Shown: in pieces, positions 59,792 to 64,000 of the stretch
Position numbering within the stretch: the first letter of the stretch is position 1
Layout of the letters: each line of letters opens with the position of its first letter
Assembly: GCA_965197475.1 (NCBI GenBank)
Contig: CBDANF010000003.1
Span: 1,472,001 to 1,536,000 of the forward strand
Direction of reading: 5' to 3'
Source: Candidatus Poribacteria bacterium
GTDB lineage: Bacteria > Poribacteria > WGA-4E > WGA-3G
DNA: 64,000 nucleotides
Made by a program: the position numbers and the translations under genes
The notes under the pieces: generated by a model
The model's input: the letters and a program-made list of their open reading frames with translations, nothing else
Told to the model about the DNA's origin: nothing
Database searches by the model: none

Positions 59792-60682
59792 ATGGCAAAA
59801 AAAGAAAGACCTATTCAAGGTGCTCCTACTGCGAGAGATTTTAAAGGCGATGTTAATCCCGATTGGTGTCCCGGTTGTGGTGATTTCGGTGTGCTTAATG
59901 CGCTACAAAATGCTTATGCCAAACTCGGTCGTGGCAATCATGATCACCTTACCGTCAGCGGAATCGGGTGTTCCTCTAATCTGCCTGGCTTCATTCGTAC
60001 TTACGGAATGCACACCCTACATGGACGTTCACTTGCCGTAGCAACGGGTGCTAAACTCGCTAATCATGAGTTGAATGTCGTCGTCACTGGTGGTGATGGA
60101 GATGGATACGGCATCGGCGGAAATCACTTCATTCACACGATGCGAAAAAATATTGATCTCCTCTACATTGTGATGAACAACGAGACTTACGGGTTAACTG
60201 TCGGTCAAGCCTCACCTACGACGCAAGTAGACGAGATAACCAATAGCACCCCGTTCGGCAATATAGAAACACCTCTCAATCCCGTAGCAATGGCAATTGT
60301 CGCAGGTGCTACTTATGTCGCAAGAGCATTTAGTTCTGAAGGAAAACCACTCGCTGAATTAATGTACAACGGGATGCAGCACAAAGGTTTTGCGTTTATT
60401 GATGTTATCAGTCCTTGTTTGACGTGGAAGGGTGATGAAATTTTCGATTATTGGAAAGAACGTGTCAACTCTCTTGAAAATCATGACACAAGTGACAAAG
60501 CTGCGGCACTTGAACAAGCGGTCAAGACCGGTCATGACACTCAGCTTGGGTTATTCTATCACGATACAAGTCGTCCCTCCTTGGAACAGTTGGAACCCGT
60601 TTTGGAAAACGGTCCTATGGTACATCAACCCCTCGGCATTACCCCAGAGCAGGGTGCCTCAATCATCCAGCGCATGATGTAA
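59792..60682 (+). CDS. korB: 2-oxoacid:ferredoxin oxidoreductase beta subunit
   Basis: WCPGCGD, SGIGCS, HGR, GGDGD...NN TPP motif. Confidence 0.92.
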   Translation: MAKKERPIQGAPTARDFKGDVNPDWCPGCGDFGVLNALQNAYAKLGRGNHDHLTVSGIGCSSNLPGFIRTYGMHTLHGRSLAVATGAKLANHELNVVVTGGDGDGYGIGGNHFIHTMRKNIDLLYIVMNNETYGLTVGQASPTTQVDEITNSTPFGNIETPLNPVAMAIVAGATYVARAFSSEGKPLAELMYNGMQHKGFAFIDVISPCLTWKGDEIFDYWKERVNSLENHDTSDKAAALEQAVKTGHDTQLGLFYHDTSRPSLEQLEPVLENGPMVHQPLGITPEQGASIIQRMM

Positions 60683-60694
60683 AACATATCGGTT

Positions 60695-60726
60695 AGGGCA
60701 GGCATTGTTCCTGCCCTTTTCTTTTT
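60695..60726 (+). terminator. Rho-independent terminator
   Basis: AGGGCAGG-7 nt-CCTGCCCT followed by TTTCTTTTT. Confidence 0.85.
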
Positions 60727-60769
60727 GAATTTACGACGGTGCTGAAACCACAAATTTCTCCTACACCCT

Positions 60770-61489
60770 ATGCGTCTTTTTGCTTCCCAGATCACAAAAA
60801 ATTTCGGGCACCGAACGATTGTCAGAAACGTATCGCTCACGATAAACCCTGGGGAAGTCGTTGCGATCTTCGGACCGAACGGCGCAGGTAAGACGACGCT
60901 TATCAAAATTCTGGCAACTCTCCTCCGCCCAACATCCGGGAAGTTTGAGATCGAAGGCACGGACGCAATTGCAGACTACGCACAAGTGCGAAACGTTTTA
61001 GGTGTCGTTATCCATGAGCATTTGGCGTACCCTGCTTTGACCCCGTATGAAAATCTGAAGTTTTTCGGACAGATGTACGGCATCAATCACTTAGAAACCC
61101 GATGCAAAACACTTCTTTATGAAGTCGGCTTAAGCCGCTTTATCCATGAACCGCTTCACATCTTTTCACGTGGCATGACCCAACGTTTTATGATTGCCAG
61201 AGCCCTCCTCCATCACCCCTCAATTTTATTACTTGATGAGCCCTTCTCTGGACTTGATGCGTCTGCGAAGCAGTTTGTCATAGATCGCATCGCACAAGAA
61301 CAACAAAACGGGAAAAGTATACTCATTACAACACATAACACCGAATTGGGGCACCTTGTAGGGTCAAGATTTTGCTTTATGATAAATGGTGAATTGGAAG
61401 AGATTGCACAAAAGGATGAAATTTCTGAAGATGTGTTACTGAGCATGTATGAGGAGAGATTATTAGACACCGCTTCAAAACGGTTGTAG
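60770..61489 (+). CDS. ccmA: Heme exporter ATP-binding protein
   Basis: GPNGAGKT, FSRGM, LLLDEP; adjacent to ccmB. Confidence 0.85.
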   Translation: MRLFASQITKNFGHRTIVRNVSLTINPGEVVAIFGPNGAGKTTLIKILATLLRPTSGKFEIEGTDAIADYAQVRNVLGVVIHEHLAYPALTPYENLKFFGQMYGINHLETRCKTLLYEVGLSRFIHEPLHIFSRGMTQRFMIARALLHHPSILLLDEPFSGLDASAKQFVIDRIAQEQQNGKSILITTHNTELGHLVGSRFCFMINGELEEIAQKDEISEDVLLSMYEERLLDTASKRL

Positions 61490-61514
61490 GTGGCTCTTTC
61501 AAATTGAGACAAAC

Positions 61515-62207
61515 ATGAAGGCACTCCGACAGATTGCAGCGTTGATTCGCAAAGACCTATGGATTCAATTCCGTTCAAAGGAAACGCTGGCGTTAATTTT
61601 CGTTTTTAGTGTACTCGTTGTCCTCATTTTTGTTTTTGCGTTTGGACAGGAATTCCCTGAAAAGATTGAACGTAGTAAATTAACCGCTAGTGTCCTCTGG
61701 GCAACATTCGTTTTTGCAGGAATTATCACCTTGAATCGTTCATTCGCGTTAGAACGTACACATGGGGCTTTGCACGGTATCCGGCTTACCGGTGTTGATG
61801 CGAGCAATGTTTACCTTTCCAAAGTTATCAGTAACGTCGTTTTCCTATTGCTACTGGAAGTCGTTATTACTCCCATCGCACTTCAATTCTTGGATCTATT
61901 TGATGAAGTGACGGTGGGTATGTTGCTAAAACTGCTTGGTGTGCTGAGTATCGGCACGCTCGGATTTTGTGCTGTTGGTGTGCTGTTAGCTGGGATGTCT
62001 ACAACCACAGATGGTGGTGAAAGCTTACTTTCTGTCATCTTACTTCCGCTTGTTATTCCAATTATTATGGGTGGTGCAAAATGCACCGTTTCTATTTTGA
62101 TAACCGGTGGCTTAGAAGAAGGATTCTGGTTGAGTATGTTGGTAGGTTCAAGTCTTGTTTTTTTGGCATCAGCATATCTGCTTGCCGATGCTGTTATTGA
62201 GGAATAG
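61515..62207 (+). CDS. ccmB: Heme exporter permease
   Basis: KDLWIQFRS, RSFALER, LLPLVIP; six TM segments. Confidence 0.88.
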   Translation: MKALRQIAALIRKDLWIQFRSKETLALIFVFSVLVVLIFVFAFGQEFPEKIERSKLTASVLWATFVFAGIITLNRSFALERTHGALHGIRLTGVDASNVYLSKVISNVVFLLLLEVVITPIALQFLDLFDEVTVGMLLKLLGVLSIGTLGFCAVGVLLAGMSTTTDGGESLLSVILLPLVIPIIMGGAKCTVSILITGGLEEGFWLSMLVGSSLVFLASAYLLADAVIEE

Positions 62208-62218
62208 TGGTAGCGTAA

Positions 62219-63664
<1,446 letters not shown>

Positions 63665-63764
63665 ACCTTACCGAATCAAAGCAGAATGCGCGTTCGGCAT
63701 TCTGCGTATCAATATTGGGACAGTGCTTGTACTGTTCCAATACGCGCTCTTGAAGGTTAGTCTT

Positions 63765-64000
63765 ATGCGTATTTTTCGCGCCATCTTACTTATTATCGCA
63801 TTAGCACTACTTATAGTCAGCATTAGACAATTCCAGCGTGGTTATAGAGACTGGCAACATGCACAAAGCGTTGAGGAAGGCTACCAAGATGAGCTTCGTA
63901 GGCTTGAAACTGAGCGTGACGAGTTAAAGCATCGCGTAGAATTGTTAAAAAATGATACCCTAACCAAGGAACGCCTCGTCAGAAAAAGATTTGGTTATGT
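63765..64000 (+). CDS. ftsB: Septum formation initiator (FtsB/DivIC), runs off the window
   Basis: MRIFRAILLIIALALL TM, coiled coil, ERLVRKRFGY; classic position after eno. Confidence 0.8.
   Translation, partial: MRIFRAILLIIALALLIVSIRQFQRGYRDWQHAQSVEEGYQDELRRLETERDELKHRVELLKNDTLTKERLVRKRFGY

Overview
Bacterial chromosome segment (roughly 42-45% GC by eye). Its gene content (PhyH dioxygenases, a LamG protein ending in GKLTTTWG, giant secreted YWTD/LRR/cadherin proteins with FlgD/T9SS-like C-termini, several R-M loci) resembles the sponge symbiont 'Ca. Poribacteria'; this is inference. Housekeeping blocks: glycogen genes (GT3-like synthase, broken glgP, glgC), hisB, dtd, cytochrome c maturation (ccmEFH, ccmI-like, ccmAB), 2-oxoacid:ferredoxin oxidoreductase, eno and ftsB. 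The accessory middle holds two near-identical IS1595 copies, a nested IS stack, at least four MITE families, three methyltransferase/nuclease loci, a tandem GIY-YIG cluster and two large repeat proteins. The best candidate for an undescribed system is a 2004-bp element at 32101-34104. It has perfect 13-bp terminal inverted repeats, encodes two paralogous DUF1670-like proteins but no recognisable DDE transposase, carries a consensus sigma70 promoter ahead of a structured ~125-nt non-coding segment at its right end, and sits in the stop codon of a 3475-aa adhesin-like gene. Second is a methyltransferase + catalytically degenerate LAGLIDADG-fold protein + small PD-(D/E)XK nuclease operon. All family assignments come from motifs recognised by eye; no database searches were run.
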